Positions 37,722 through 51,140 of a DNA stretch of 64,000 nt are shown in pieces. The notes beneath the pieces are model-generated. The model was not told the DNA's origin. It saw only the letters and a program-made list of their open reading frames with translations, and made no database searches. Within the stretch, counting starts at the first letter, position 1. Every line of letters starts with the position of its first letter. The translations under genes were made by a program, and so were the position numbers. Source of the DNA: Mytilus trossulus. Its lineage: Eukaryota. The stretch is taken from the NCBI RefSeq assembly GCF_036588685.1, contig NC_086373.1, positions 41,602,001 to 41,666,000 of the forward strand, given 5' to 3'.

Positions 37722-40700
37722 AAAGCCTATCACCGAAATCCAGACTATGAACCTTTTTTTATATCTTATCTTTTTTAAAATAAAATATTGCATTTAGTTT
37801 TGTTATTGTATAGATTTTTTTTGTTATTTTATCAAAAATGTTGACAAAGTCATTTGTCAAATAAAACGTATCAGAAAAAATAAAACAGCATACAATCATA
37901 AATACAAATATGAATAAAGATAACAAAAGCATACAGCAATTTAAAAAAATGTTCGGTGATTTGTTTAAATTACAGTTACTCGTAACACACAAAAAACATA
38001 ACAAAAACAATCATAAAACACTTTCATCGCCAAAAGCAAAGATAATTCCTTGTCAATCTCTACATTGATTGGAAATCTGAAATAACTACAAACATTCTTA
38101 GAAATTTTATGTTGGATACATGCTGATAGCTAGACAACAAGGACAACTAACGATTTTCTTTACAAAAACAGATTAATGGAGAATATTAGCATAGAAATAT
38201 TTGATTATAAAAAGATGTATACATGGAACCTGAATTATAACATAAAAAGTCTGAGGATATATTTGATTGCGAAAACTGTTAACCATGTTTACCTTGGGAA
38301 ATAATATGTTTATTTGTAAATTGTTATATGTATACATTCATAAAGTTCGTGCTTGATGTCAAAAGACATATGAACTTATTTTTATCTAACTGTGGGATAT
38401 GGATTTCAATCATTGTTGAAGGTAATTCTGGAGCATTTAGTTGTAAATTTCAACATTGTTACGTGTATGATGAATATTTGTCTTATCGGTAATCATTCCA
38501 TATCTTATATCGTAATTAATTTGACAGGTAAAAGTCTTCCAGCTGCACTCTTTAAGGTCTCATGTTTCTATACAAATGCATTTTTTGTGAAACAAAAATT
38601 TGACACACAACTCACAATTGCACATGATCTGCTGTAAGATGGTCACAACTGTCGGAACAATGAGTTGTTGAATTAGCATTCATTCGATGTAAATTTTTAA
38701 GGAAAAATTAAAGCATTTAATTAACACTTAAATAAAACATTTTTTTTGTCCAGAAGCCAAATAAAGAAAAGTACAAATTTACCAAACAGTGCTTGTGCTA
38801 CTAAAACTATAACTTTAGGTGGTTTTGTAAGACTTTTTTATCAATCATAGAAGAAATGTGCTGTCCTGAGTTTGAATGATCATTCGCTTAAAGATAATAA
38901 CTGATAAGTTAATATATTTTTTTACTCCTTTTGCCCGTCAGTCCTGATCATATCTAAAACAAACTTTTTATCAGTTTGAGGAGTTATGCATTTGATATCT
39001 GACATAATTCGTATATTTTTGTTACTTAAAACAATAATAAGTCTTCATAGAAACAATTACGAAAATCTTTTACTTACGATTACATAAAGATACTAACAAG
39101 TGAACAATTTTAAGTTGACACATATAAAGAAATTAACATAAAGTAACATAATTAGAACTATATAATAATGCATGCTTGCAGGTCCTTGGATACGATCTAG
39201 CATATTAGAATCTAAGCATACAGAAATGCAACTTATGTGATTCTCCTCCTATTTTGGTTTTTGCTGCTATCCAAAATCAAAATTGTTGTTTTTTTTCTTC
39301 ATTGGAATCATTTGGAAATTTTTGCAATCTTCTGCGTCTTCAAGTAAATCTCCCCAGAGATGGAGCACACTCAATTAGCTGTGTCCAATTAACGGATCAG
39401 TTTTCAAAATGATGAATATATAAAAAAAAAAAAAAAAAAATTATTCCAAAGTTAAAAGGTTGAAAGGTACACCCAAAATAGAACATTTCACATGCACAAC
39501 ATTAAATTACAGGAACATAACTATATATATATCTACAAAGCACTCAAAGCACGTTGGCCAATATGTAGATTTTATATTAAAACACTGTTTAACTAAATAA
39601 AATCTATGAATGGTTGGCACTGATTTAAATTAGTGTCTGCTCCATGACAGTCTTGAACATTGCAAAAGAGACACTGCTATTTGAATGTTTGGTACAGTAT
39701 TGCTGTCACTGTAGATCACAGTTTAACATAGAACCCTATACATGAAAACCAGAAACAGAAAACACTATCAAATCTATAAACGGTTGCATTTCACTGATTT
39801 AAATTAGTGTCTCCTCCATGACAGTCTGGAACATGAAATATAAGACACTTCTCTTTTAGTATTTGGTACAGTGTTGCTGCTACTGTGCACTACATGTACA
39901 GTTCAACATATAACCCTATATGAGAAAACCAGGAACCTCTTTATGTCAGAAAAACTATCAAACCCCAAAACAAACTATCAACACTAATTTGTATATATCT
40001 TTTATATATCTTTAAAGCCCGTTGATGGACGATCTTTTTTAATCTATGATAAGCATAACACATAATCTAAACTATATTTATTGATATTGGTCGATTTGTT
40101 TTTAAAGACTTCAGCTACAAATATGATTTTGTGTTCTACAGTGAAATAAAATAAAAATGTATGTGTCATACATTGTACAATAAAATGATAGAGGCGTATC
40201 TTAATTATAAAGAGCTATTTTTTTTTCATGATATGAAAGACTACATATTTGTGTTCGTACACATACTATGATGGATACTATGAAATTAAAAAAAAAAAGT
40301 GCTCGGGTCAGGTAAGGTAGTTATCAAACATGAGACCTTGAAGGGTGCACATGGAAGACTTTTACCTGTCAAATAATAAAGATATAAGATATGGAATGAT
40401 TACCGATGAAACAAATATCCATCATACACCTAACAATGTTGAAAGTTACAACTATACGCATCAGAATTACCTTCAACAATGATTGAAATCTATATCACAT
40501 AGTTAGATAAAAAAAATAGTTCATATGTCTTTTCATATTAAGGACCGACCATATGAATGCATACATATAAAAATTTACAAATAAATATATCATTTCCCAA
40601 GGTAAGTAAACATGGTTAATAATTTTCGCATACTTTTTATGTTATAATTCAGGTTTCATGTATACCTCTTTTTATAATCAAAGATTTCTATGCTAATATC

Positions 40701-41330
40701 TTTCCCTTAATCTGTTTTTGTAACGAAAATCGTAAGTTTTCGGTGTTGGTTTTTTGGTTAAAACAAATAGGAAAGATACAACAAATATAATTAATGCCAT
40801 AGTAACAAAGATAGGATATAAATGAAGTTATAAAAGATTAGGAAATGGATTTATAAAGTTTAAAGCGTTATGCATATTTCAATATTTTGGTATTGATCTC
40901 AGTAAATTAAATTAAGATACAGTAACACAATACTGCTACAAAATATAATTAATTTTCATAACTGATGTCCACTGTGATTTAAAATTTTTTGAATATTTAA
41001 TTTGAAATGAAATAATAACTTGAGATTTTCAAGTTATTAATCATTCGAATAAATGTTTGTTTTTAAGTTTAAATACTGTAAAAGTAAATATATATATTAT
41101 ACTTGACAATCAATGAAAATGATGAAAGTTCCTTTTTCTGCATTTGTTAATTCGTGAATATACATCCTATGTTTCTTTCTTATTTGTGATGTGAACCTAA
41201 TTTCTCTGTAAAATCATATTGCATTTAAAGATTGAAACTTAATTTTCACGATTTACATATTTCGTATTAAATTGTTTGACCTGCTATTTTGTTAATAACG
41301 ATATTTTGCCTCTAAATTTAAGACTTAGAA

Positions 41331-41858
41331 ATGATGAGATTTCCGACCATTTTCATTTTGATTGCATTGATAACAATAACAGTAGCCGGTAAGAAAAGTG
41401 TTCAATGTGTTTTTCTCGAAATTTATAAACTTTATCAAATAAAAGTGTGTTCAGTGTGTAAATAACATATGAATGTCCTACTAGAGAATGTTCTTTAAAA
41501 CAGCTGATATTTGCAAAACCGAACAGTCTCTTCCATTCGCTTGATGTGTTTTATCATTTTAATTTGCCATTTGAATAGTGACTTTCGGTTTTGAATTTTC
41601 TTCGGAGTTCAGTACTTTTCTTGAGAATTGCTTACAACAACATCCCTTTGCATAGAATGTGTAGTTGATTTAATCGGAGATAACACATGAAATCATTGTA
41701 TTGTTCAATAGAAATAAAATACAATATTTATTTATTTCTAAATTAATCATTAATTAATAAGTGAATATAACATAAATTGTCAGATCTTTAATTTAACAGT
41801 ATATGCGTTAGATAGACAAACTTACAACTATATGCACCAGAATTACCTTCAACAATGA
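41331..41858 (+). pseudogene. Class C fragment (C1b) with intact 38-aa spliced micro-ORF (exons 41331-41388, 41800-41858)
   Basis: MMRFPTIFILIALITITVA/VYALDRQTYNYMHQNYLQQ*; no family promoter. Confidence 0.6.
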
Positions 41859-42541
41859 TTAAAATCTATATCACATAGTTAGATAAATATACATTCATAT
41901 GTCTTTTTATATTAAGGACCGACCATATGAATGTACACATATAACAATTTATAAATAAATATATTATTCCCCAAGGTAAATATGGTTAACAATTTTCGCA
42001 ATTTAAATATATCCTCATACTTTTTATGTAATAATTCAGGTTCCCTGTATATATCTTCTTATAATCAAAGATTCCAATTCTAATATCTGTCCCTTAATCT
42101 GTTTTTGTAACGAAAATCGTAAGTTTTCTGTGTTGTCTAGCAATCAGCACGTATCCAACGTAAAAATTATAAGAATGTTTGTAGTTATTTCAGAATTCCA
42201 ATCAATTTAGAATTTGACAGGGAATTATCTTTGCTTTGGCGAAGAAAATTTTTTTTCAATTGTTTTTGTTATGTTTTTTGTGTGTTACGAGTTACTGTAA
42301 TTTAAAGATATAACCGAACATTTTTTCAATTGCTGTATGCTTTTTTGATCTTTATTCATATGTGTAATTATGACTGTATGCTGTTATATTTTTTCTGATA
42401 CGTTTTTTTTGACAAATGACTTTGTCAGTATTTTTGATAAAATAACGAAAAATCTATACAATAACAAAAGCTGAATGCAATATTTTATTTTAAAAAAGAT
42501 ATAGAAAAATGTTCATAGTCTGAATTTCAGTGATAGGCTTT

Positions 42542-44261
42542 TCATGATGAGTATCCATTTGAAAGTCTTCTTCTGCAAATTCTGTGACAATTAACAGTGG
42601 CACAGTATCTGTTTGTTGGACAATCTCCATCACTAAAACAGTCGTTTTTGCAATCAGTTTTTCCTCCTATCACTGACTGAGAAACGAATCCTGAAGCTGA
42701 GGTACGTGTTGATCCACTACGTCTTGCAGAAACAGTGTCTAGTACAACACGCCCACCTCGTCTAGAACTGATTGCGTCAAGAATATCTGCACCTGAATGA
42801 CCAGACACTCCATGGCCACTACCAATAGTTTTCAAATGAGAATTTCTTGACAGATCCAAATTTCTAGCCAGACCAGATGAACTAATTCGGCTACCAGACG
42901 TGAAATGATCATCATCGTCAGATAAAGCACGGGACAAACCAATTGAAGAGCCTCTAATGCTTCCAGATACAGAGGTCCTTCCACCAACTGAAGCTCCAGA
43001 CAATCCTCTACCGGAAGATGACCCGTGTGTAATAAACTCACTACCTATTCCATGAGATGTTCCAACATTTCTTGATCCTGCTCGTCTATTTGCATCAATA
43101 ACATCCAGTACAGAAAGAGATCCGTCACCACGACGCCTGTTTATGTTTCTACCAACTGTGTTTTCGACCAGTAAAACTTTCTCCACTCCATGTCTGTCTA
43201 ATGCATGCTTATCCGAGGGTGCATATACTGAAAAAATTGAATATCTGACAATTTATGTGATTTTCATGCGTTGATTAATTGGAAAAAAAATACTGAAACC
43301 TCAAATCAAAAAAAATAATGCATATGTTTTTTATAACTCAATGGATAGTTTTCATTATAAAACTTATGTACATATACTTTTTTCTGAAGAAAATTCTTAA
43401 ATTTATTCATATTTAGAAGAAGTTTACTTAATTTTAATTGCTTGCTTCCAGCAACCAATTCCCCCGACATATTTTCCGTATGCAAAGTGACCTCAGTGTG
43501 ACCCATCTCGTAAAAATCCGGTGATCACAATACGCATGGATGTCCTTAAAATAAACTATTATCTGAATTCACATGTTAAACACGTGCTCTCTTTCCATGC
43601 TTTTTTTGTTTATTTTTTGTCTATTGTTGACAAACAGGTGACCATCGTTAAACTTCGGCTTCGAAATACGAACTTTAATTACCTGCCATATTTACACAAC
43701 AACACTGACCGATTGAAAAAAAAATTTGACGATTATACGAAATTTACACGAAAAAAATGATAAATTCGTGCACAGAAGACTATGTTTATGATGTGTGTAT
43801 GCATTGGTTCAAGAAATGGAAGAACATATTTTTTCACCGGTCACTCGTTTCTTTTGACTTTAACAATACAATAATAACAATTATTATCGCCAATAAAACA
43901 ACTACACAATTTTAGCAAAAGAACGTTGTTGTAAGGCATTGCAGAGACCGTTCGGTTTCGGAGATATCTGACATTCTTTGTTAATTTTTTTTAAATGTTA
44001 TCTACACAAGGAAAAAGTAAAATCACAAAAAAATGAACTCAGAGGAAAATCAATTAGGAAAGTCTATAATCACATGGAAAAATCAAATAACAAAACGCAT
44101 CAAAAACGAATGGACAAGAACTGTCATATTCCTGATATAGGAAACACCTTTATTTGATACAGTTTACATATTTCGACTAAAACACATTGAACATTTTTCT
44201 TACCGGCTGCTGTTATTGTGGCCAATGCAATCAAAACGAAAATGGTCTGGAATGTCATCAT
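42542..44261 (-). CDS. Gene B4, secreted Gly/Ser-rich 6-Cys WAP-like protein, 247 aa (exons 44261-44204, 43227-42542)
   Basis: Canonical splice sites; open frame; intron 2 enlarged by an insertion. Confidence 0.9.
43296..43859. mobile_element. One-ended DNA-transposon fragment in B4 intron 2
   Basis: Absent from B2/B3; right end ...tttcttttgact abuts TTAA (a TTAA is present at the B3 empty site); left end and adjacent flank deleted. Confidence 0.65.
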
Positions 44262-44479
44262 TCAAGTCTGAAATTTAGAGGAAAAATATCGTTACTTACA
44301 AAATAGCAGTTCAAATAATTTAATAACGAATTATGTAAATTGTGGAAATAAAGTTTCAATTTAGAAAATTAATGCAATATGATTCAACAGAGAAATAAGT
44401 TCACATTACAAATTAGAAAGATACATAGGATTTATATTCACATTTTACAAATGCAGAAAAAGGAACTTGCATAACTTGC

Positions 44480-44584
44480 TTGTCCATTCGTTTTGGATGC
44501 GTTTTGTTTTTTGATTTTGCCATGTAATTATGGACTTTCGAAATTGATTTTCCTCTGAGTTCGGTATTTTTGTGATTTTACTTT
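44480..44584 (+). mobile_element. ~105-bp interspersed repeat inserted in B4 intron 1, inverted relative to the copy at ~44012-44118
   Basis: Empty site ataacttgcattgattg in B2/B3; TTGC duplicated at the ends. Confidence 0.75.
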
Positions 44585-44985
44585 TTGCATTGATTGTCAA
44601 GTATAAGTATAAGATAAACATATATCTTAACAGTATTCAAACATAAGAACAAAATATTACTTCGAATGATTAATAACTTGAATATCTTCATTATTTATTC
44701 CATTCCAAATTAAACGTCTGATAGATTTTAAAACACAGTAAATATTAGTTATGAGAATAAATTATACTTTGAAGTAGTATTGTGTAACTGAATCTAAATT
44801 CAAATTGCTGAGATCAAAACCAAAATATTGAACTATGCATCACGCTTAAAACTGTATAAATACAATTTTCTAAATCTTTTATTACTTATTTCATATCTTT
44901 TTTACTATGGCATTAATTTTAATTGTTATATCTTTTCTATTTATTTATACCGAATAGTTATGATTCTTCTTTTATAATTTCTTAC

Positions 44986-45300
44986 CTTTGTTTGGATCAA
45001 TTTGAATTATTTCGAATGAATAATGTTTACTGCCTCAAACTCGCTCTTTTATACCGTTCGTTTTCAATTATATTGTTTATAATACACATGAACACAAGGA
45101 AAGTTTAAAGTTAACCGCAAATGATGAATGCATTGTTTATATGTGCATTTTTAAATGTCACACTGTCGTAGTACTAAGGAATTGCAATATATGTTCACAG
45201 AAATTTTCTCAGGGTCAAAAACACATTTTGTTTCCTCGTACAATCGACATAGTTTTCGTTACGTCATAATACATGTACGTGTAATGAAATATTGCTTTGA
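44986..45300 (-). promoter_or_regulatory. B4 proximal promoter and non-coding exon 1
   Basis: TATAAAAG 45053-45046, donor after 44986, TGCGGTT 45119-45113. Confidence 0.65.
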
Positions 45301-46737
45301 CCTATTATTAATGTTTGCAAATAAATTGATGGTATGTTTAGTAATAAGCAGAGACTTGAACAATACGAAACAAATAAAAATAAAGTGAAGTCTTTTATTT
45401 CCTTTTAAACAATATTAGTATTTCTTTGAATTGCTTGGAAAACCACTCTTAAAGGTTAACTGGTTATCGTTGGAAAACTCTTCTATTTTTTTTCAGAATT
45501 TTAAACATATACACAATACTAGCGGTTTGTTTGCTAACGGTTTACTAGTATTAAATAAACTGGAGTCTATAACATATAAGTAACAAATTTTGAAGGAAAA
45601 CTAAGAATTAAAACAAAGTTGAGTCAAATCTGGACACCGTCAGTTATATCTTGGGTTAAAAAAAAGAATATGTCCGTTTTTGTTTGTCCTGAAATGTAAA
45701 ATTGCAGACAATTATCTTTCATTTTAACTTAAGTTTTGAGATATCAAAATACCTTGTTCTTTCGTTCCGTATTAACTTTTGGTGTTAAATATATTTTTTT
45801 TTAGGCGGACAAAACGTCTCTTAAGTCGCTTATCCCATTGAAAAATCAAAAGCTCATACGCATCAAACAAGGGGATATCCACTGGTATATTCCTGACTTG
45901 GTACAAGCATTTTCTTTTGCAGAAACTGATAAATTAAACCTTGTTACATAGCTGGCTAAACCTTTCACTTGTATGACAGTTGCATCAAATTCCATATTAT
46001 TGACAACGATGTGTGAACAAACCAATGAGATATCACAGGTAAAAATATCAGAAAAAAGTTGTGTTATAATGTTAATCAATTTACAACAAGAAAATATGTA
46101 CTAGTAGTATATAAGCACAAAACAAGATATAAACAAAGCACGTAAGCAAACATGAAAGACAAGAAAACACCAATTTACATTATCAAATTTTAAGTTAAAA
46201 GTAGTTCTTGTATCTTTACAATTTTCTTGAGAAGCTATTGTTTAAAGTCTGCCTCATATGAATAAAGAAAAAGCCCAATCAGAGGAAAAATAGCTTCCAT
46301 TTGATTGTCAAACACAAATAAAAAAGGGAGATAGATCGCAATTATTTTGAAAAAGCCAACATTATATAAAATAGAAATAAGCCTAAATGAAAAATATTCT
46401 TCTTTGAGCAAGATGTTAAACCTATATATGTACTTTGGTTTACAATAACACTGCAAAGAATTCAAATAACACGCTTACATCGTTTTATCTACCTTTATGC
46501 ATATGGATTTAAAATTTCTGTTGAAGTAACATTGAAATAATGAAATGCACTATAAATCTTTTATGCACCAGTGTTGTGTATTCCATACTTGTTAGCCTGG
46601 CGTTCTTTTCTAATCAGTGTAAAACAAACAGTTTGCAAACTTAATATTTATAAGGTGTTTAAAAAAGTTATGTGTAGTGCTAACCAAGAAAATTGAACCA
46701 GGTCTAAAGCAATTGCATTATCATTGATATATATTAT

Positions 46738-47056
46738 AGGTGGCACGGTAGTATTTCCTGGCCCGTAAGCCATAATAATAGCCTTTTTAGAATTTGGACT
46801 ACTTTTTAACACTGCAAAACATTCTACATTAACACTTAACTAAAGAAATATCATTTTACTATTCAGAAATGAATTTAAAATAGTATCATGGCCGTTTACT
46901 TTTCTTGCTATTTTTCTGATCCTTTTTCCAGTTTGGGAAAGTGTGTTCAGTTTATACCGTTTTTCTGTCTAATCACACTGTTCAGATACATTGACTTAGG
47001 TAGGGTACACAAAAGAGCATCCTAAATTCTGGGATGCAAATACTACCGTGCCACCT
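46738..47056. mobile_element. Old MITE (AGGTGGCACGG TIR), spacer 4 copy with internal deletion
   Basis: Both TIRs intact; ~120 bp shorter than the sister copies. Confidence 0.7.
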
Positions 47057-47488
47057 TATAGCGATACATGAGAAATGAACTAGATATTTGTTTATTTTAA
47101 ATCGGAGTTTACATAGGAGTTTTTATATTTTGAGTAATGTCAGTTTCGTTTCCGTTATATTCAATATTTGTTTGTAGTTTCTGTATTAAAAAAGTCAATC
47201 ATCTTTCAATACATGCAATAGTACAAATAGTCAGTGCAAGCAGTGTTTGTGTCATTATTAAGTTAAATCTACTTAGATGAGTTAAAGTAGTTTTCACCTG
47301 AGATGACCCCAGGATATAAAGTGGTTGGTGCTGCAATTTGTGTAGTTTAATAGGTTTTGTTTTGTATACTGTTTCCCTTTAGTTTTTTTTTAAATCCGCG
47401 ATGAAAATGAAAAAGTATACCATTCTATCATGTAACCAATAGCCAAAAGATATTGCGAAATTCATACAAATAATAAAATTCATACAAA

Positions 47489-47763
47489 CTAAGTCAGGAA
47501 TCTGATGTACAGTAGTTGTCGTTTGTTTATGTAATATATACGTGTTTCTCGTTTCTCGTTTTGTTAATATAGATTAGACCGTTGGTTTTCCCGTTTGAAT
47601 GGTTTTACACTAGTAATTTTGGAGCCCTTTATAGCTTGTTGTTCGGTGTGAGCCAAGGCTCCGTGTTGAAGGCCGTACTTTAACCTATAATGGTTTTATT
47701 TTTAAATTGTTATTTGGATGGAGAGTTGTCTCATTGGCACTCACACCACATCTTCCTATATCT
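47489..47763 (+). mobile_element. Short interspersed repeat insertion specific to spacer 4
   Basis: Absent at ~34845; ends ttgtctcattggcactcacaccacatcttcc like 60958-61252 and 63750-63940. Confidence 0.7.
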
Positions 47764-47869
47764 AAATAGTTTATTTATATGTAGATTATATATACTCAAC
47801 ACTTATGAGTATTAATGTTTTGTAACTTAGAACCCTACACAGTGATGTGAATATCTTTTCAATTTATAG

Positions 47870-48311
47870 ATTGGTGATAACATTCATAATGAACAATTGG
47901 TGATAACATTCATAATGTACAATTGGTGGTAACATTCATAATGAACAATTGGTGGTAACATTCATAATGAATAATTGGTGATAACATTCATAATGAACAA
48001 TTGGTGATAACATTCATAATAAACAATTGGTGGTAACATTCATAATGAACAATTGGTGGTAACATTCATAATGAATAATTGGTGATAACATTCATAATGA
48101 ACAATTGGTGGTAACATTCACAATGAACAGTTGGTGATAACATTCATAATGAACAATTGGTGATAACATTCATAATGAACAATTGGTGATAACATTCATA
48201 ATGAACAATTGGTGATAACATTCATAATGAACAATTGGTGATAACATTCATAATGAACAATTGGTGATAACATTTATAATGAACAATTGGTGATAACATT
48301 CATAATGAACA
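47870..48311 (+). repeat. 26-bp promoter VNTR, 17 copies
   Basis: 442 bp = 17 x 26; several units have GGTAA in place of GATAA. Confidence 0.95.
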
Positions 48312-48654
48312 ATCATAACAATGACGGAGTATGAGGAGGAGATATGCAAGATACATTAAAACTATTTTTTCAAAATTGTTCAATAGTTTGTTTTCAAAGA
48401 AGGATGGTTCTCGTCATTTTTGTAAGCATAAGCTCAAGCAGTGTTAAATAAGATATATCTTAGTAATTACTGTGTTAAAAAAAAACATTCGAACAAAATA
48501 TCAAGCAGTGGTTTTCAAGTAAATTTCATTTAAAAGATTTAAACGTCTAAACCATGCGGAAATAAAAGGCTTTCGGATAGGTTTTGTTAAAAATGTACAA
48601 GTCTCTGATTACAACGAAATTAATAACTTGCAATTTGAACCATATTGTCGATCA

Positions 48655-48958
48655 GTCAAAATAATATTTCGTAATAACTATACGTGTGTTATGACATAAT
48701 GGCAAATGTGTGTGTAGTAGGAAGAAAAGGGGTACATTTTTTTTTTATACATAAGCATAACCCAAGACTGCAAAGTAAAATGACATGGTGACTTTTAAAA
48801 GTTTGAACCATAATTAACAAATTCATCATTTGTGGTTGATATACAAATTTCCTTGTGTGCATGTCAACTATTAGAAAAAAATAATTGAATACGGTATAAA
48901 AGAACGATTCTGAAGCATTACAACAAAATTCATTACAAACTTATTGTTTTATAGTAAG
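48655..48958 (+). promoter_or_regulatory. A5 proximal promoter and non-coding exon 1
   Basis: TGTGGTT 48831-48837, TATAAAAG 48895-48902, donor AAG/GTAAG after 48958. Confidence 0.65.
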
Positions 48959-49358
48959 GTAAGAAATATACATATTTATTAAAAATAAAAATGCTAGATA
49001 CACAAAGCAGTACTTATGAAATTTAACACATATAACACAGATAAACAAGAAATAATACATTGAGGAATTTAAAAAAGGCATCAATAAATTTATACAAACT
49101 AAATAGTACAAATATTTCAATTCTAACTAAATTTTCTGAATGTTAAAAATTGCATTTAAAGTGATAGGAGGCAAATGAAGAAGTTGTAAGAAAAAAGCAT
49201 TGTAAAACAATTTAATTAAGTATGGTTTTTCAAAATGATTGCTTGTATTACTTAACGATTCATTCTTTCTTTAAGTAATTGAAAATCAAGAGACACATGC
49301 ACATCTAAACTCCAGTAACGTTAAACATTAATTCTGGTTTTTTTCAGAAATTATAAAG

Positions 49359-50534
49359 ATGATGAGATTCCAAACCATTTTCATTTTAATGGCATTGACC
49401 TCAATAACAGTAGCTGGTAAGTAAATTTACTGTGGGTTTATAGTATGTTTTTATAAAAAAAAAATGGGTGTTGAGATACAAAATACCTTACCATAATACA
49501 ATTTTCAAAAAGATATAATTTCTGTACATAAGAGGGTTAATTACTAACATCTACATATGTTTGTATACATAAAAGAAAAAATCACAAAAAGTTTTCTGTT
49601 TTTTTTTTAATTGATTCATATTTGTCATGTGGAGTCTTTTAAAGCTTACTATACAGTATGAGCCTACATCTGTCCTGAAATCGTACGTTCCCTGCAGTTG
49701 ATTACATTCTAGTCATTTCATTTTAAGTTTAAGGTAATCAAATTGGTAAAAATACCACATTTTCTAATATCTACGTATCAACAAAAGTTTTTTTTTTTGT
49801 ATTACTAGATTTGTGAAAATTATAACACGTCAAATATTCATTTTACAGTATATGCACCAACAGACAAACATGCATTAGACAGACATGGAGTAGCAAAAGT
49901 TTTGCTGGATGAACACACAGTTGGAAGAAACATAAACAGGCGTCGTGGTGACGGATCTCTTTCTGTACTGGATGTCATTGATGCAAATAGACGAGCAGGA
50001 TCAAGAAATGTTGGAACATCTCATGGAATAGGAAGCGAGTTTATTACACACGGGTCATCTACCGGTAGAGGATTGTCTGGAGCTTCAGTTGGTGGCAGGA
50101 CCTCTGTATCTGGAAGCATTAGAGGCTCTTCAATTGGTTTGTCCCGTGCTTTATCTGATGATGATGATCAGTTCACGTCTGGTAGCCGAATTGGTTCATC
50201 TGGTCTGGCTAGAAATTTGGATCTGTCAAGAAATTTTCATTTGGAAACTATTGGTAGTGGCCATGGATTGTCTGGTCATTCAGGTGCAGATATTCTTGAC
50301 GCACTCAGTTCTGGACGAGGTGGGCGTGTTGTACTAGACACTGTTTCTGCCAGACGGAGTGGATCAGCACGTACTTCAGGTTCAGGAGTCGTTTCTCAGT
50401 CAGTGCTAGGAGGAAACACTGTTTGCAAAAACGACTGTTTAAGTGATGGAGATTGTCCAACAAACAGATACTGTGCCACTGTTAATTGTCACAGAATTTG
50501 CAGAAGAAGACTGTCAAATGGATACTCATCATGA
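49359..50534 (+). CDS. Gene A5, secreted Gly/Ser-rich 6-Cys WAP-like protein, 247 aa (exons 49359-49416, 49849-50534)
   Basis: MMRFQTIFILMALTSITVA/VYAPTDKHALDRHG...; open frame. Confidence 0.9.
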
Positions 50535-51140
50535 AAAGCCTATAACCGAAATCCAGACTATGAACCTTTTTTATATCTTTTTTAAAATAAAATATTGCAT
50601 TTAGTTTTTGTTATTGTATGGATTTTTTTTGTTATTTTATCAAAAATATTGACAAAGTCATTTGTCAAATAAAACGTTTCAGAAAAATTTAAACAGCATA
50701 CAGTCATAAATACAAATATGAATAAAGATAACAAAAGCATACAGCAATTTAAAAAAGTGTTCGGTAATTTGTTTAAATTACAGTTACTCGTAACACACAA
50801 AAAACCTAACAAAACAATCATAAAACACTTTCTTCGCCAAAGCAAAGACAATTCCTTGTCAATCTCTACATTAATTGGAATTCTGAAATAACTAAAAACA
50901 TTCTTAGAAATTGTATGTTGGATACATGCTGATAGCAAGATAACACGAAAAACCAACGATTTTACTTACAAAAACAGATTAATGGAGAATATTAGCATAG
51001 CAATATTTGATTATAAAAAGAGGTATACATGGAATCTGAATTATAACATAAAAAGTATGAGGACATATTTGTTTGCGAAAATTGTTAACAATGTTTATTT
51101 TTGAAAATAATATGTTTATTTGTAAATTGTTATATGTATA

